DNA of 64,000 nucleotides from Sphaerodactylus townsendi (GCF_021028975.2 NC_059427.1:130820001-130884000), one strand, 5' to 3'. Counted from the stretch's first letter, positions 47,500 through 60,917 are shown. The notes: generated from the sequence alone by a model not told the origin. Translations and numbers: made by a program.

Positions 47500-48230
47500 T
47501 GTGGACTATAAACGTTTTACTCCAAAAATGGTGAAAAGAGTAAGGAACTGCACAACAGGATGAATCCACAAGAATCAGACAGGCTTTATACTGAAAAGAT
47601 ATATGAAGGATAACATCCATTTTGTGGTTCATGCAATAGAAATTGTGAAAAAAAAGAAAAAGCAACATTTTTTTGGATGCAGAGAAAGCATTCGATAATA
47701 TATCCTTGTAAACACTTGGAAACCTAAATTACCACTCAAGGTTTATGGACAGGATACAAAAAATTTATACAAACAACATGCAAAGAACTTAATAAATGAA
47801 GTCAACTGATGGATTTCAAATTGAAGAAGGAACATGTGAAGGATATCCATTATCTCTACTCTTATTCATTCTTGTGGTAAAAGCTACTAGGTTTAGTCAA
47901 GACTCTAAAGGCCTGAAAGTGCATGGAGAAGAGTTTAAAATGAAAACTCACAACTTGTGGTACAATATATTGTGGAATAAATTGAAAAATTTGGATCTCT
48001 TTCAGGCTATAAAATTAATAGGAAGACTAAAATAATTAATGAAGCAGAAAGAAAAAACATATTGGTAATAGTAAAGGTTACGATGTGCCTTAAACCCAGT
48101 TACATATTTGGAAATAAACTTGACCGGACAAAATGAAACACCGTTTAAAGATAATTATTAAATGGATGAAGATATAAGAGGAAATGCAAAGATGTCCAAA
48201 TATAAAACTTAAAATTTCATGGATTGGGCT
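47500..48230 (+). mobile_element. Old L1-clade RT fragment
   Basis: NVDYK, HKNQTGFI, FLDAEKAFDN, GTCEGYPLSLLLFILVV motifs. Confidence 0.75.
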
Positions 48231-48239
48231 GCCCAGCAG

Positions 48240-48845
48240 AAAACATGAAATGCACAAATATAAGGTGCACAATACGTGTCTTGTCAACAGTACGTGTGAA
48301 AGGCATCTGAGAGTCTTAGTAGACCATAAGCTGAATATGAATCAACAGTGTGATGTGGCAGCTAAAAAAGCCAATGCAATTCTGGCCTGCATCAACAGGA
48401 ATATTGTGTCTAAAACAAGAGAAGTAATAGTACCATGCTATTTTGTGTCGGTCAGACCAAAAAACTGGAGCGTGTCTGGAGGACAGCAAACAAAATTGTA
48501 AAAGGTCTGGTGATATGATAGCCATGTTTAAACATTTGAAGGGATGTCATGTTGAAGAAAGAGCAAGCTTGTTTTCTGCTGTTCTAGAGACTAGACAAGG
48601 AGGGATTCAAAGTACAGGAAAAGAGATTCCACCTAAACATTAGGAAGAACTTCCTGATTGTAAGGACTATTCAACTGTGAAATACGCCTCGTCGGCGTGT
48701 GGTGGAGTCTCTTTCTTTAGAGATTTTTAAACAGAGGTTGGATGGCCATCTGTCAGGAATGCTTTGATTGTGTCTTCCTGCATGGCAGGGGGTTGGACTG
48801 GATGGCCCTTGTGGTCTCTTCCAACTCTATTATTCTATAATTCTG
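48240..48845 (+). mobile_element. CR1 3' fragment
   Basis: VLVDHKLNMNQQCDVAAKKANAILACINR; 3' end CTCTTCCAACTCTATTATTCTATAATTCT. Confidence 0.88.
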
Positions 48846-49953
48846 AGTGAAAATACGTATGGTCAGATAGATGCAAAACTTTGAGGTAAAATTAAAAAGT
48901 TACAAAATTTTTTAAAATGAATATATTTTCCTGAAATTGTATTGGTAACAAAAGGATAATCTGTTGATGTGAATGAGGTCGTTATGGATAAGTGGCACTA
49001 AGGATGTTGTTACTAAACCTTCATAAATTATTCAGAGTTGGAGAGTTTTTCCCCTCCTCTCTTTACAACTGCTGTTCACTAGCCATTTAAGAAACCATTT
49101 AAGAGATTGCTTTAATTTTTTTCTGTTAATTATAGATATTTATTCAAGCAATTTATACAGGATTAAACTTCCTATCTTCTTTATGTAATTTAGATGTTAG
49201 GGAAAGCTGTGAGATGTTTTGTGGTCCCCTTTGCACATTAGAAAAAGCCTGCAAAGTGATCTTTGTGGCTTGCATCCAGCAATAGGTGAGCAGAAAGGAA
49301 AATGTATTTAATACAGTAGCATGCATGCAAGGCCTAGCAGCAAACAACACTTAAATATTATTTTTATCAAAACAATAGCGTACAAGTGGAGCAGTGGAAT
49401 GTACCATAGATGGTCTGGGTGATTTTATTTCATTTGTTAAATTGTAGCAGAAGAAATTCCTTGTGACATTGACTGTCCTATCAATTGACTGTCCTATCAA
49501 TTAAAGGAGCTCATTTGGTGGATACATAAGAGAGGACCTTTTTGGTAGCAGCCCCACAACTATGCAACAATCTCCCGAGGGAGGTGCACTTGGACTCCTC
49601 ACTTTTGATCTTTGGGAGGCCATTTAAAACTACATTTGATCAAAGCAGTCCTAAGTTGTGGTATTAAGTGTGGTTTTAATTTTTTATGTAATCTATTTTA
49701 TATATTTTACTAATATTTCAAGTGACTGTGAGCTCTGTAAGGAAGAAAAGCAGCTAATAAATATTTTAAGTTAAGAAATAAGTATCAGGGAGTAGCTTGC
49801 ATGACATTTACCTTAATCTTGTATTTTAAATGAAAGGCATATATCCAGTCAAACAGTTCCTCTTTGACAGGACTTCATTTCTCTTTGTGGAGCAGTAGGC
49901 TGTGCTTCTGCTCATTTTCCCTTCCTACTGCTGATCCCATTTTCCCCTTATGC

Positions 49954-50101
49954 CAGGGGTAGGGAACCTGCGGCTCTCCAGATGTTCAGGAACTACAATT
50001 CCCATCAGCCCCTACCAGCATGGCCAATTGGCCATGCTGACAGAGGCTGATGGGAATTGTAGTTCCTGAACATCTGGAGAGCCGCAGGTTCCCTACCCCT
50101 G
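49954..50101. mobile_element. 148-bp palindromic hAT MITE, family A, copy 3
   Basis: Identical to copies 1 and 2; 8-bp TSD CCTTATGC. Confidence 0.95.
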
Positions 50102-53100
50102 CCTTATGCTGTTCCTAAAAGTCTGCTGACTCCCAGAACAAAATCTGGAGAGGTCTGGTGGGTTGCAGCAGAAGGAGAGTGTGGATGGATGGATACATAC
50201 CATTTTAATAAATGAATGTGTGTGTACTGATGCCCCAAGGAGCTGGGTGTTGTGTTGCCCTTCCATCAGACTCTGGCTGCCCCCCCCCCCCCCCCGAGGT
50301 TAGAATGTGGTTATGTCTTTAGCGGCTGAGAACCTGCTGCTTTTGGCTGAGAGTGATGATCTGTTTGCCCAAATTGATGATTAGGACAAACCAAGGTCAT
50401 CATGGAGGGCTAAGGAGGTCCTAGTCACATCAGCATCCACTGGGGGTCAAGAATTGGAACAGCCCCATGAAAAAAGCAGATTCAGAGTCAGTGGGCTGTA
50501 AAAGTGGAGTGAGATGTGGTAAGAGCGGAGAAAGGATGGTGTAGGATGGTATCATTGGAGTGAGAAATGTTCAGACCAGTGGAAGACTTAAAGAGCGGAA
50601 TGGTGAAATGGAGAAACTGCAGAATGAGTAACCCCTGGAGGAGTAGGCTTGCATCTGGTCCTGCATTGGAAATGCAATTGACCAATTAATATAATTGTTC
50701 ACTCTGGCACTGTCAGTAAATTTCTTAAGTGACAACATGTGCCTTTTTAGCACACAATTAACCTGTTAAATATGTTAAATTCAAGAATTCAGTAGTGGTA
50801 AATCAGAAGCGGCATGAAGGTCATTCTGTCTGGTTTCTTACTCTGTTGGCAGAAGAATCTTTTAACAAAAGAGTTTAGCAGATATTAAATGTTAGTTCTC
50901 ACTGGTTTTGTAAACATGCGTCTGAGCTGTTCCTACTTCAGATGGTGCCTCAGGACTTTCTTCTCCACGCAACGTTTATATCAGTCATATTTCTCAACAG
51001 TGGGCAGATCTGCAGATCCCGTAATCTGTGGATTGGACCCATGCTAACAGAAAAGAGATTATTCTCCAAATGTGGGGGACATTGAAGTTTGTAATCCAAC
51101 TTTTGAGGTACAGAAATGAAACAGTGCTGATACTGGTATTTATCTGGTAAGAATATCCTTTACAAAGCACTTGAAGAATGTAGGGAAGCAGAACTATCAC
51201 TATGATTTTACTTAAAATGAAAAGAAATCATTCAGCAATCAAGATGAGCTTTTCATGCAGTTTTCTAATTGTTGTCCTGATAGAAATGGAAACATTGCCC
51301 TGATTAAAGTGTGTTTTAAAAATCTTGGATAATATGTGATCAGTATGAATACCATCAGTCATACAGTATTATGCAAACAGAATTGTTATTCATCTCTAAC
51401 CTTCTCTGTGTTTTTTTGAGTGACCTTAACTCATCAAGCATCTCATTACTGTTCCAGTGGTTCAGTGTATATTTGTTTTTTTTCTTTGTCCTCTGTGTAC
51501 ATAGTTGATACCATGCTGATGTGTGTAGTTCTGTGAATCTGAGTCGTTTAATTACTACTTTCTTTAATTCTTTGTGCCATTGAGGGCAGGGACAAGATGT
51601 GGCAAAGAGCTGGTCTCCTAGTTTCTCAGACCAATGGGTAGGCCTAATCAAGAATGACTTGATTTTTATTCTTTAATTTATAAACAAGGCATTTAAAATG
51701 CACATAAATGAATGAAAACTGATTACCTTGCAGTATTCATTGCTTCTTGCATTCTCTCTCTGTCTCTCTCTGTGTCTCTCTCTGTGTGTCAATCTCTCTC
51801 TCACACACACATGTATTCTGTTTTCTTAGATTTTTTTTGTTTTCATAATATTGATGAGGTCTGTTTGTGTACCCCATTGGAGGAAACAACCTTTCTAGAA
51901 AAAAATTCTTAATATCTGCCATTTCACCTAAATACCTCTATGTAAGCACCTTAATTTTAAATGCTGAAATTTCATGCCAAAGTTTTCAAAGCTGTTCTTC
52001 AGAAGATGGTTACAATGCATTGTTCACCACTTTGCCATGAATACTTTAGCGGTTGTTAATGCATTCTTACTAGTTTCCTGTTTTTCCTTTGTGCCCTTCA
52101 ACAGCTTTTGTGTCATATTCCTATCCTTACTTTCCAAAAATATTTCATAATTTACTGTACCAACATACAAATAAGAAGTAATTGTCTCTCCTGGCATTTC
52201 AGGCTATAATACCACTGACCTTCTTAATTCCCTGATCTGTATATAATTCAGTTACTTATGGGCTTCTTCTATATCTAGTGTCTTTTAACTTTTTTGTACT
52301 TCAATGCCTGAAAAATTGTTGTGTTATTATCATCTTTATGATCTCTTTCTGCCTTTTGATGCCTTTGGAAGCACTGCTTCGTTTATTTTTCACCATGTAA
52401 GAAGTATTAATGCTGATATCTGACCTCTTTGTGCTGAAGTTTCTTTCATTGAGTTGTTTTTTAAAAAGAAGTCAATTTTATCTGGTAGTTTTTGCACAGT
52501 GTCTCATTTACTGTGTAATCTTAAGGTGGGGGGGGAAACTGTTGTGAAGGCAAGGCAAGGGTCCATTGATGTGTATGCCCTGTGTGCCAGCACAAGGGGC
52601 AAATACCCTGGCAGGAGAGTAACTACTTGCATTGGTGGCAAAGTGCTGCACATCTTCACAGTGCCTGAATGCAGCAGTTGCCCCCGTGATGGTGCTCCTC
52701 TGCCACAGGACAGGAGCCTGCAGCAGTGTTGGGATGGTGGTGGTCCAAGGATGAGCATTGATTCTAAAGAGCATTAGTTGACATCCAAAGGAACACCTGC
52801 TACGCCAGCAGCCAGCTTACAAAACAAAAAAAGGTGTGTCATACCAGAGTAGTTTCTTGTGTATATTATCAAATGATACTGCAAGATCTCTGTACTTTGT
52901 CTGGCTAATTCCGAATTAACTCAGAATATTTTACAGCCACACTGTTTTCAAATTCTGACCCCAATATGCCAGTTCAATCAAATTAAAGGTGCTCAATCAA
53001 ATTTTCTCCCTATGTTTTTTCATTTAATCCATGTGTGCTAATGTTTAATTTCCTACATTTTTATCTACTTCTTCAGCCTATTTTCTAAATCCATGTGTCT

Positions 53101-53668
53101 GTCATTATTTTAGTCCTGCTGTTTCCTAATTATATTTCTCCGTTAATTTCTCTATTTTCTAGCATATTCATTGAGCTCCTCCCAACAGCTACATCAAGTG
53201 CAAAGCATATAAACCCAGTCTCAATGAATCAACTGAGTATTCAGCAAGATCCCACAAATTACACAAAATCTTAGATAACTTCATAAAGTCTAATTAAATC
53301 ATAGAGTGCCTGATTAATTGCATGCCATCCTTGCATCTTATACAACATTTCAGTAAATTGCACCACTGCTTAGTGGGTTATACAGAATACCAGTTAGTTA
53401 AATTCTCAGGGTCTCAATAAGTTGCTCAGAGTCTAGTAAATGTGTATAATAATATGGAGTATAGTAAGTAGTGAGTGTTATCTCAGTCTGTATTCTGTAT
53501 GTAAGATGGAAAACTAAATAGACGCATGAACAGTGTTGTCTAATATTCACTTATTCTGTAGTATTCTTTTCATCTGCTGACTTAGCTGTGAGATAGCTGC
53601 CAGTAGTCTCTACAAAGAGCCTGTTATGGGCCTAGCCTTTAATGTAGTTCCCTTTAAATTCCATCCAT

Positions 53669-53967
53669 GGAGCAGCAGTGGCGTAGTGGCTAAGAGCAGG
53701 TGCACTCTGATCTGGAGGAACTGGGTTTGATTCCCAGCTCTGCCACATGAGTTGTGGAAGCTTATCTGTGGAATTCAGATTAGCCTGTGCAATCCCACAC
53801 ATGCCTGCTGGGTGACCTTGGGCTAGTCACAGCTTTTCGGAGCTCTCTCAGCCCCACCCACTTCACAGGGTGTTTGTTGTGAGGGGGGAAGGGAAAGGAG
53901 ATTGTAAGCCCCTTTGAGTCTCCTACAGGAGAGAAAGGGGCGATGTAAATCCAAACTCTTCTTCTTC
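53669..53967 (+). mobile_element. Squam3-like CORE-SINE, full length
   Basis: GGAGCAGCAGTGGCGTAGTGG A box, GGTTTGATTCCC B box, (TTC)n tail. Confidence 0.9.
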
Positions 53968-55714
53968 TGTTTCCCTGGTCTTATTGATCCTCCACTGGAA
54001 GGTGCTGCATAGGAGGTATATCAGTGCTCCTTCCTCACATCCTCTTCCTTAGGAGTCATAATTCGACTGCTGGTATATTATTTCCAGTTGACCTCTGATA
54101 AACCATGCTGAAGGGCTGTCATGTATTTTTGTGTGTACAGAAATATCTCTGTTATCCAGCACTTTATCTGGACAACTCAGTTAACTGGCATCTGTTGCAG
54201 CTAGCAATACAGTTACTGGGAGGAGAAGTAGGGAAGGCCTACCACCTGGCTACTGATCTGCTCCCTGACTCAGTGCTGAACCTTCCACTGAAAGTAATCC
54301 ATGTGCAGTACCTTCTTCCAGTAACGTGGCTTGTGGGAATTTTTAGAACATTTCAGAGCATCGAAGGATTGACCAAGCAGCAGATTAACTGTCTAGCAGA
54401 TTAACCCCCGCCCCCCAGCATCTGCAGCAGAAAAACTAAGGTGCTACTGGCCTCAAATTTAGTTTAAATCTTGGTTTACTTTATCAGTACATCATTCTTA
54501 TTGTTTGTTTGATTATTTACACTGTTTGGTAATTTAACTTTTTCTTTTTTCTACCTTGTGCAGTAGGGCTTAATCCACTGTAAGTCTTGCATTCTGACAA
54601 TTCAGGCTTTGATTAAATATACAAGATTTTTTTTAAAGTAACATTATTATGTCCATAAGAAAATTAACTTATTTGAAAAAGCTATAAACAAAAAATGCCA
54701 ATGTGAACTAATTCTTTTACCCATGTATAGTCTCTACCAATATTGTTGAAGCTGCTAAGACTTTTGTTTATTTTACACATAGAAGATAGAGCCTCATCAT
54801 ACCTTGTTTTCTAATAAAATGACCTGGACCATTGATTATAATCTTAGCAAAGTATATTAAGTATAGCGTCTGTAACACAAATTCAAACATTATAATCCTT
54901 TCCAAAAATGACCATCGTGTCCTATAAGATGCCTTTTTGGCATTGACATATCAGCTACAATTGATATTAGAGAGATGTAATAAATATTCATCTAATTTCT
55001 GAATTTATCTAAACTTTCCCTTTCACAAAAAGTAAATCTCATAACGTTAGAGTCAACTGTGCCTTCACGGTTTCTGTGCTATAACAATCTAGACCTGCTG
55101 TTTTTTTAGCTTTCCTTTTTGCTTATGCTGCAGACTGACTCACTAAAAAAAAACTGATTAGGATTTAATGTCCCATACTGGTTTTATCCAGAAGTTTTTA
55201 ATATAGGTCAGGGAATACTGCCTGAACTATTCTAGTCTATTGCTACAATGATATATTTCTCTTCTTTTGCAATAAATATGCAGTGATGTTCAGCCGTAAC
55301 TACTGCCTAATGCCTTTCTGGTCAACAGCCTAGGGTTTGGTGAGGTCTTGATGCTACTCCAATATAATACATGTGATAGTTAATATCAAAGGCATAATTT
55401 AATCCCTTAGTTCTTTATGGGACTAAAATGTGTTCTAATGGTTCTTTTTTTGTTTCCAAGCCAGTGTAAATAGAGATTCTGTAGAGAAGAAATCATAGTA
55501 CTCCACCTGTAATAATACAGTTTCAGACACGCACAATGTGTGGATGTGATGTGATTGTGTAGGGAATATCAGACTTTCTCTGAGAATCCTGTATGGCTCT
55601 CGTTGTCATCGTAAATGTAACAGTGCCAGAGACCCCAGCTCCATATAGCTTTCTTACAATGTTTGTATCAATAAACCTGTGTACACTGGCAACAGAGCAA
55701 CCACTGATAAAGAC

Positions 55715-56250
55715 GCCTGTGAATCACCACGAGGCGCAGTTGCTGCTCAGGGTGGGGAAAAGCGAGACCAGCTGTTGCCACCCGGTAAGGGCAGAAGGGG
55801 GAGGAGAGCCATGCTTGACGAGGGCTAGCGGCACCGGAAGAAAGGAGGGGCGAGCCGAGACTTTAAAGCGGCTTGCTCTCCTTTGTCCGGGCCATGTGCT
55901 CGCCGGCTGATGATTTGCCCACCTGCCTCTCCCTAATTTTCTATGTTAATGCATGCTGATTTTGTCGTAGCTTAGTTCTTGGCAGTTTGGCGCATGGGTA
56001 TGGCTCTGGAAGGGCAAGGGGAAGGGAGCTAGGGAGCTATGCCTTCCCCTCGGGAACGGCAACAGCAGCAAGAGGCGACCGCCCCTGCCAAACTGGGCCG
56101 AAGAGGAACATCTCTGGCCAGGAGCGTCTGCCCGGCAGAGCCCCACAGTAGAACGAAGCTCGGGACGGGGCACCCGCCCTGCTGAGCTGTAGCATGTACC
56201 CGTATGACCAGATCCAGACCCATGCTTAGCCTCACGCTTCTGCGCAATAA
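55715..56250. promoter_or_regulatory. CpG-island-like segment, candidate internal promoter or enhancer
   Basis: Roughly 30 CpGs in ~530 bp against a strongly CpG-depleted background; no TIR, TSD or TE motif recognised; CCGGAAG ETS-like site ~55834; donor-like CCG|GTAAGG at 55784/55785. Confidence 0.55.
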
Positions 56251-56461
56251 AATGTCTATGGCCAATTTATTACCCCAGCAATTGAGTAGTGTGTATTATT
56301 GGTAAAGGGCCTTGCACAAAAGAGATCCATCCTGGGACAGCAACATGTCACAGTTATTCATTAAATGTCTGTCAAGGCATTGAAGAGCCCAACATAAGTG
56401 TTCAGCCATAAAATATATGTAAGGAGAAACACAAGAATTATTACATTTTTCTTTGTTCCAG

Positions 56462-56588
56462 GGTATCAGTGAACCTCCATACACAGCATTGGCTTTGGGC
56501 TGTGATTCAAGAATGGTGAAAGAGAAGTATGAGCACCAACCTCTCCATCACCAGGAGGAGTATGACAACGAGCTGTCCATCCGGATAG
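56462..56588 (+). other. Candidate exon (unverified) with ATG at 56513
   Basis: Acceptor TTTTTCTTTGTTCCAG; one open frame GISEPPYTALALGCDSR-MVKEKYEHQPLHHQEEYDNELSIRI; A at -3 and G at +4 of the ATG; weak donor TAG|GTAGAA or CAG|GCAAGC (56609); peptide not recognised. Confidence 0.2.
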
Positions 56589-58808
56589 GTAGAACTTCAG
56601 TGCATGCAGGCAAGCATCCTGTCATATACCATCTATGGAATCAGGGCAATTTTGATACAGTTATTAGTAAGCTCATAAGATATAAAAAGGAGTACATGCA
56701 CACATCTTACATTTTTATTCATAATGAAGATGTGTGTGTGATAAAATTGTTTTAAAAGAACTTATCTCACTGTTTTTCAGTCTGGTCACTGGGCAGAGCT
56801 ATGGTGGCTTCTCCTTTCTGTCATGTTTTCTCCAGATCACTTCCACAGATTTTCATGTTGACCTGATCTTTTACTGTTGATGATCAGCCTTCATTGAATA
56901 AGGGCTGACCAGCCTAATTAGAACATTCTCTTCTATTTCTTGAGCAGCTGTGAGGGATGTTGTACCTCTTCCCTTTCCTACAGCATTTTGACCTGTGGGC
57001 AGCATGTACCTGTTAAAATTTCCTGATTTACACAGCTATTAAAGGTATGAATGCCCAGTTTTTTGAGCTGTTGATCACCACAATTTAAGCAACGATTCAG
57101 TAGACTTAAATAAGGGCATTTTCATCTGTCTAGCTGGATAGAGCTAAGGAAATCTTCCTACTGATTTCTACTGAACATGCCATAATTAAAAGGTATGTTA
57201 TTGTTCCTTTGATGAGAACCAGTAACCATTTACCACTAGATTAAAAGTACAATTTCAGTTTGCGTGTACGTATAACTTGTGAAAGGAACACTGTTTCATC
57301 CTTAGATTTTTGAACAAATGTGGAATGTCACTTGCTACATAAGTAATAGCCTGCAGGTTGTAAAAAATTACCACACCAAATCTGTCTATGTTGCTGTACA
57401 TGGGCAATATAATACTTTTGTCCATATCCAGACAGGTTGTCTCACATTCTCGACAGTGCTTGGAATTTATACTATAACCCCCCCCCCCCTTTTCAATGCA
57501 TACATGTTCTATGTCTCAATTTGCACTGGAGTGGAGAAGTCAAGCAGTGTTGCTATTTCGGTAGCCGGAGTGCCTCATATTCCTTCCATATATCACATTT
57601 AGTGATATAATTTGTATTCTTCTGTTATCAGAAATGACCAAATTTGCTTACATCCCTATGATGTCCAAAACTTCCAGAAATAGCCAAACTGTACAGGTGA
57701 CATTGGAGATTAGTGATCATGATCTCTCACGTTGTTTTTACAAAGTCTAACAATATTACTGGGATGGTGAGAAGATCATTAAGATTGTGGGTCGTGGTAC
57801 TGAGATGTGGTGGCAGGTTGCCCTGACCAACTTTACCTCCCCACAACCTTGTGTTTTTTCCATGATGGAAAACATCGTTACCTGTATGATTACTTGTATG
57901 TACCCTCTTCAAGAAAGGCAGCACTTTGAAGCGAATGCATGATCTAGCTGAGCAGGACCAACATAGAAGAACACCTGTTGGTTTAGACCAGTTTTCCACC
58001 CTACCCATCAATCTGTTTTCTGCAAAGTGTAGAAGATCTCCAAAGAGGGACAATCACAGTCCCAGAAAGCCATTATCATTAATAGCTATTGATGGGCCTG
58101 TCTTCCATGAATATGTCTAATTCTCTTTTAAAGACTGAACACTTTTAGTCCTTTTTTAAAAGCCATATGAAGCTGGTGACTGTCACTTCATCATCTAGCA
58201 GTGAGTTCCACAGATTAATGATGTAGTGTATGTGAAAAGGTACTTCTTTTTGTCTGTACTGAATCTAGTTGCCCGTCAGTGGCACGCAGTGTAAAAGGTA
58301 CCCTTGCAACATGACACCAGTCTGAATCTCTCTTGTTGTGGCTGCTTTGAGTAAAGACTCTTCCACTTATTCACATTTCCCAGGTCAATTTTGCTCAAGA
58401 TGTAGGGAGTGATTGTATATAAAATTTCCTGTCACTGACTTTTGTGTTGAAACAATACTCTCTTAGTTAAAAAAAAAGTTCAGTGTTTTCTTTGTTTGCT
58501 TAAAGAGATAATTATGTATCTTTTGGTGAAGCATAATCATCTCCATACAAGCCAAGCGTTGGCAATTTGAGATACGTCTACGCACAATGGCTGCTCTAAA
58601 TTCAACAATAAACAATAGTACTACTAGGGTGGTACTTGCTGCCATTTTGTTTCCATCAGGTTTGTATCATCTTATAGTATTTTTAACGAGGAACTGTTTG
58701 TTTAGCTTTATTTGTATCATGACTAGCCATTGTCTAAAATGGTTATGTAATCAGCAGGGGGCATGGGTGGCTGATGATGAAGAGACCCCCATGTCCCCTT
58801 GCCTACTA

Positions 58809-59056
58809 CTGTGTTTTCCCAAAAATAAGACAGTGTCTTACACTAATTTTTGCTCCCAAAGATGCGCTATGTCTTATTTTCAGGGGATGTCTTATTTTTA
58901 CGCTCCACAGCTGCATGCTCTGCTGTTCGACGGGCATGCTTCCAAACAAAAACTTCGCTACGTCTTACTTTCGGGCGATGCTTTATATTTAGCCCTTCAG
59001 CAAAACCTCTACTACATCTAATTCTCAGGGGATGTCTTATTTTTGGAGAAACAGGG
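58809..59056. mobile_element. Tc1/mariner-superfamily (pogo/Tc2-like) MITE, copy 2
   Basis: TA TSD on both sides; TIR CTGTGTTTTCCCAAAAATAAGACA / TGTCTTATTTTTGGAGAAACAGGG; homologous to 29691-29943. Confidence 0.88.
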
Positions 59057-59503
59057 TAGTATCCCAAATCAAATCTTCACTTCCTCCCAAAAATAATAGT
59101 TAAATCACAGTTTAATTGGTGGAAAATAAAGCACTCCCCCCCCCCCCCAAATGTTTTCTATTTTCTCTGTGGAGGTAAAAGACTACTTTAAGTTGTAAAC
59201 AAGAAAATGTGGAAGTGACTTGGAGACAGCGAATTTTCCAGTAATGGGTTGTTTGGTTTTCTCTCTGTCTGGGAAAAAAAGGTTTTGTTTTTTTCTTTTA
59301 GGGGAAAAGAGGTGCATGCAGGCAGACATTGGTGATTACTTCTTTGGTGACATTTCTGTTCTTTGCTTTCTGGGTGACTGGAGTGAACTTGTATTTTCAC
59401 AAAATAAATCGTGACTGAAGGAACGAGGACTGAAAGCGGCTCTATTAATAAATCGCTTTTCCTAAAACTTTCAAGAACTTTCAAGCTGTGCTCTTATGAA
59501 ACT

Positions 59504-59506
<3 letters not shown>

Positions 59507-59557
<51 letters not shown>
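59507..59557. repeat. (GT)n microsatellite
   Basis: About 25 perfect GT units. Confidence 0.97.
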
Positions 59558-59559
<2 letters not shown>

Positions 59560-60728
59560 ATCTTTCCCAGTCTAATGAGTATTTCTTGCTAATATAGATA
59601 TTGGTTATAATCGATTGATCCTTATCTACAACGCACAGTTTAAAACCAAGACACGGTGGCATTGCTCTTGCAATTAAGCTGGAGCCAGTCAATGTCATTG
59701 ACAAGGGAATTGTCTGTGGAAGAGAAAGGCTCTCCAGTTTTACCTCATGATAAAAATATAAATTGGGACCTAGTTAAAGGGGTGGAAATACCAAGTGGCA
59801 ACTGAATGAGTGAGAGGCAGAGAGACTAATATTTGTGTGCCTGTACTCTTTAGAGGTGATATTTCCGTGACTGAGGAATGATAGTAATACAGCCTCTTCC
59901 AATTGCTGCTTGAGAAATGTTTCAACTGGCTTGGGGGGGGGGGGGCTAGATTGGAGGGGGTTGAAGGAAAAATGAGCAGATTGCCCATTTTTTGTTCTGA
60001 GAGGATGACCCCTTTTAAAAAAAAATTTTTTAAACACACTGTTGTTTTTCTTCATTTCTTAAACCCATTTAATGCTGAAAAGTATCTTCATATGTTATTT
60101 TTGCTATGGAGACATAGTTGGGATTGAGGAATACTTTTAAAAGAGGTCCTTCTTGTGTGTCTACTCTTGCTAGTATTATATGCCCACTCTAAAGGACAAT
60201 TCCTTTGTAATTCTGGTAGGGACTTCTTTTATTTGAGAGCAAGTGGTGTTCCCATAATAAATACTGCAGGAGTTTGAAATTATACAGCTGGGCTGTTGTT
60301 TAAATTCCATGTTGTGCATTGGAACTTATTTCAGGTTGATTTTGTTAGGGAAAGAAGCTTATAGTGCCCTGGATCCAGAATACATTTTCAATTAGCAGAA
60401 TGGAAGTTTCCTGTTTCCCCCTCTCCCCCCCACCCCCAGTTTGTGACTGATAAGGAATTCTGGCGAATAGCATGGGAGGATCTACAGTGGGAATCAGGTG
60501 AACTTAACACTCTGGTTTGAATCCAGCCCACCCTGTAGTTGGTTCGTCTGTTGTAGCCACAAAATTGTCCATAACCAACATCAGATGGTACAGATATATT
60601 GGGTATTTTTTCCTCCCCTCTGGAGAACTTCATCTCAGAGAATAAAGAGCAAAAATAAGTTATAATGAACCTGTATGTCCCACTATATCACAAATCTACT
60701 AATGCTTTGTTTAAAGAAGGTTGCCAGT

Positions 60729-60917
60729 TTTTGTTGTTGTCGTCATCAAGTCACAGGCCACTTACGGTAACCCCAGAGGTTTTTCCAAGGCAAAAGACAT
60801 TCAGAGGTGATTTGCTATTGCCTGCCTTTGTGCAGCAACTTCCTTGGTTGTCTCCCATCCAAATATCAACCAGGGCTGACCCTACTTAGCTTCTGAGATC
60901 TGATGTCATCAGGCTGG
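60729..60917 (-). mobile_element. 5S rRNA-derived SINE with Sauria/RTE-type tail
   Basis: Minus strand GATCTCAGAAGCTAAGTAGGGTCAGCCCTGGTTGATATTTGGATGGGAGAC matches the 5S rRNA internal control region; followed by a BovB-like tail and (CAA)n. Confidence 0.85.

Noticed and set aside
52454-52777. GC-richer block with ORFs on both strands as a coding exon
   Set aside because: No recognisable protein motif and no convincing splice sites
53669-53745. tRNA genes at A-box/B-box sites
   Set aside because: They are heads of multicopy SINEs; no complete cloverleaf
60848-60917. 5S rRNA gene
   Set aside because: Truncated, diverged and fused to a SINE tail
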